From contig CAXXKJ010000002.1 in assembly GCA_963675295.2 (NCBI GenBank), positions 3,648,001-3,712,000 of the forward strand: a stretch of DNA of 64,000 nt, in the 5' to 3' direction. The translations under genes and the position numbers were made by a program. This DNA comes from a bacterium (lineage in GTDB: Bacteria > Electryoneota > Electryoneia > Electryoneales > Electryoneaceae). This document shows, piece by piece, positions 62,123 through 64,000 of this stretch. How positions within the stretch are numbered: the first letter of the stretch is position 1; the number at the start of each line of letters is the position of its first letter. The notes beneath the pieces were generated by a model. It saw only the letters and a list, made by a program, of their open reading frames with translations, ran no database searches and had not been told where the DNA came from.

Positions 62123-63346
62123 CTACTCTGATCTTAAGGCAGTGATTGGAAATAGCAACGAAGCCCGGCGGGCCGGGTAGATACCTGAGATTAATCCAAG
62201 TGACAGGGATACCAGCAGCGCCAGGGCGAGGTAGTCCAAGGGTACCACAGTGTGCCATTGTGTTGTCAATCCGATGATTAGTGCTCCCGAAACGCCTAAG
62301 GCGACGCCGATCGCTCCCCCTGCGAAGCCTTGAAGCAGGGCTTCAATCAGAAATTGAATCAGTATATCTCTACGTCGCGCACCTACCGCCATCCGTAAAC
62401 CGATTTCGATCTTCCTTTCTCCGACCGCAATCCACATGATCGCCAATATGCCAATCCCTCCAACCAGCAGCGATACAGCAGCGATAGCAGAAATCAGCAG
62501 TGTAAAGGATTCCGACGTGTCTTTTTCGGCTTCGATTGTTGTGAGTTGATTCTGAATGCTGAAATCATCGGGGCGGTCCCTTAGAACCAGTTGGTGGCTT
62601 TCACGCAGTACATGTCGGATCTGTTTTTCGGTGCTGTACATGGCATCTTGATCAGTCGCTTGAACATAGATGGTACTCAGGTGATTCAGGTTGAAAACTC
62701 GGCGTAGTGCTGTGCTTAAGGGAATCAGGATCTGATCGTCTTCATTGGAACCTTCAGCCGTGATTCCCCGAGGCTTCAGGACGCCGATAACCTCGAATGG
62801 GATCCTTTCAATTCGTATGATTTCGCCGATTGCATTCATTGATCCAAATAAATCCGTAGCGACTCCAGCCCCCAGTACGGCCACTCGCCTAGCGGCCTTT
62901 TCTTCGTCATGGGTAAAGAAATCACCGGTAATAATGCTGGCGTTTCGAATCAGCTGGTACTCGGGAGTTGTGCCAAGGACCTTCGTTTGCAATGAACTCC
63001 TTCCATACCGGACTTCCAGTCGTTTGTACTGGGCAGGCGCTACTCGGACCACAGAGGGGCATTTAGCGAGAATCGCCGCACTGTCTGATCGTTTCAGTGT
63101 CACGATCTCAGTGTTTGCAAAACGGCTGTTTCCAAAAACCTGGGTGGGTTCTGCGCTAACCACCAGCAGATTGGTACCCATTTCCCGAATCAAACGCAAG
63201 ACTTCAGATTGTGCACCTTGTCCAATCGAAACCATCACAATTACGGCGCTGACCCCAACAGTTATCCCCGACAGGGCTAACGCGGTTCGGAGCTTATTTG
63301 CAAACAGTGTTCGACGAGTGATCAGGATGTTGCGAACGAACTTCAT
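62123..63346 (-). CDS. MacB-like ABC transporter permease
   Basis: NKLRTALALSGITVGV, SLLVGGIGI, ERKIEIGLRMAVGA. Confidence 0.92.
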   Translation of the reverse strand: MKFVRNILITRRTLFANKLRTALALSGITVGVSAVIVMVSIGQGAQSEVLRLIREMGTNLLVVSAEPTQVFGNSRFANTEIVTLKRSDSAAILAKCPSVVRVAPAQYKRLEVRYGRSSLQTKVLGTTPEYQLIRNASIITGDFFTHDEEKAARRVAVLGAGVATDLFGSMNAIGEIIRIERIPFEVIGVLKPRGITAEGSNEDDQILIPLSTALRRVFNLNHLSTIYVQATDQDAMYSTEKQIRHVLRESHQLVLRDRPDDFSIQNQLTTIEAEKDTSESFTLLISAIAAVSLLVGGIGILAIMWIAVGERKIEIGLRMAVGARRRDILIQFLIEALLQGFAGGAIGVALGVSGALIIGLTTQWHTVVPLDYLALALLVSLSLGLISGIYPARRASLLFPITALRSE

Positions 63347-64000
63347 CGCAACGCCTCAACAGGGTTGAGTAAAGCGGCCCTTCTAGCAGGAATCAATCCG
63401 GCGACGACACCGATCAAAGAGGGTACTACCAAGGCAAGCAGAACTGCAATGAACGGAATTTTTACAGGGATCTTCATCATGCCGGCTACCATTTGAACCC
63501 CGCCCAGACCCGCAACCAGTCCGACAACGCCACCAACGAACGCGATCAGCATGGACTCCATCAGAAACTGGAGTAGAATATCCCTGGATCGTGCACCAAC
63601 AGCTTTGCGTAATCCGATTTCGGCCTTTCGTTCACTCACGGAGATCAACATTAAATTGGCCACAACGCTTCCACCCGCCAACAAGGATATTCCAGCCAGA
63701 ATGGGTAGAAACAGATTGAACACTCGCAGTGCTCCTCTGATCATTTCCATGACTTCAATTGGGGTCAGGATCGAGAAATCGTCCGTTTCTCCCTCAGTAA
63801 GATTGTGTCTCGACCTGAGAATGCCCTGGATTTGTTTTTCCACGGATTCCACTTGTCCCGGATCGTGGACCAGCAGTTTCCCAGCGGATATGTAGTCGAC
63901 ATTGAGTACACGGCTCATGGCGGTCGTGATCGGTATATAGATCTCAAGATCGCGGTTCATACCGTGGGGATCAGGGCCCACCAGGTCCAGGACACCAATC
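63343..64000 (-). CDS. MacB-like ABC transporter permease, 3' part (5' end outside the window)
   Basis: ERKAEIGLRKAVGARSRDILLQFL, PARRAALLNPVEALR. Confidence 0.9.
   Translation of the reverse strand, partial: IGVLDLVGPDPHGMNRDLEIYIPITTAMSRVLNVDYISAGKLLVHDPGQVESVEKQIQGILRSRHNLTEGETDDFSILTPIEVMEMIRGALRVFNLFLPILAGISLLAGGSVVANLMLISVSERKAEIGLRKAVGARSRDILLQFLMESMLIAFVGGVVGLVAGLGGVQMVAGMMKIPVKIPFIAVLLALVVPSLIGVVAGLIPARRAALLNPVEALR

Overview
GC-rich bacterial chromosome segment. The secreted proteins with T9SS/FlgD-like C-terminal tails and the eukaryote-type citrate synthase suggest an FCB-group or candidate-phylum lineage (inference only). Bases 1-52 kb are mostly housekeeping and signalling genes: murA (partial), recN, nadA, a LolCDE-like ABC cluster, a Rrf2-sufCBD-Rieske-sufS operon, mutS, citrate synthase, gpmA, several PAS hybrid kinases and a MerR regulator. 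These are interspersed with REP-like palindromes, 7- and 9-nt periodic repeats, a RAYT-like gene with a degenerate active site, and a GxxExxY gene bounded by perfect 30-bp inverted repeats. The most notable feature is a ~9.8-kb island integrated at tRNA-Pro(GGG), bounded by an 85-bp direct repeat (52133-52217 / 61946-62030) and carrying a truncated tyrosine integrase. Its cargo looks like an unusual surface-filament system: seven pilin-like secreted proteins, a duplicated chaperone-like Ig protein and a lipoprotein secretin, with no usher. Five of the pilin-like genes share a conserved, structured ~110-125-nt leader and a near-identical signal peptide, fused to highly divergent mature domains.
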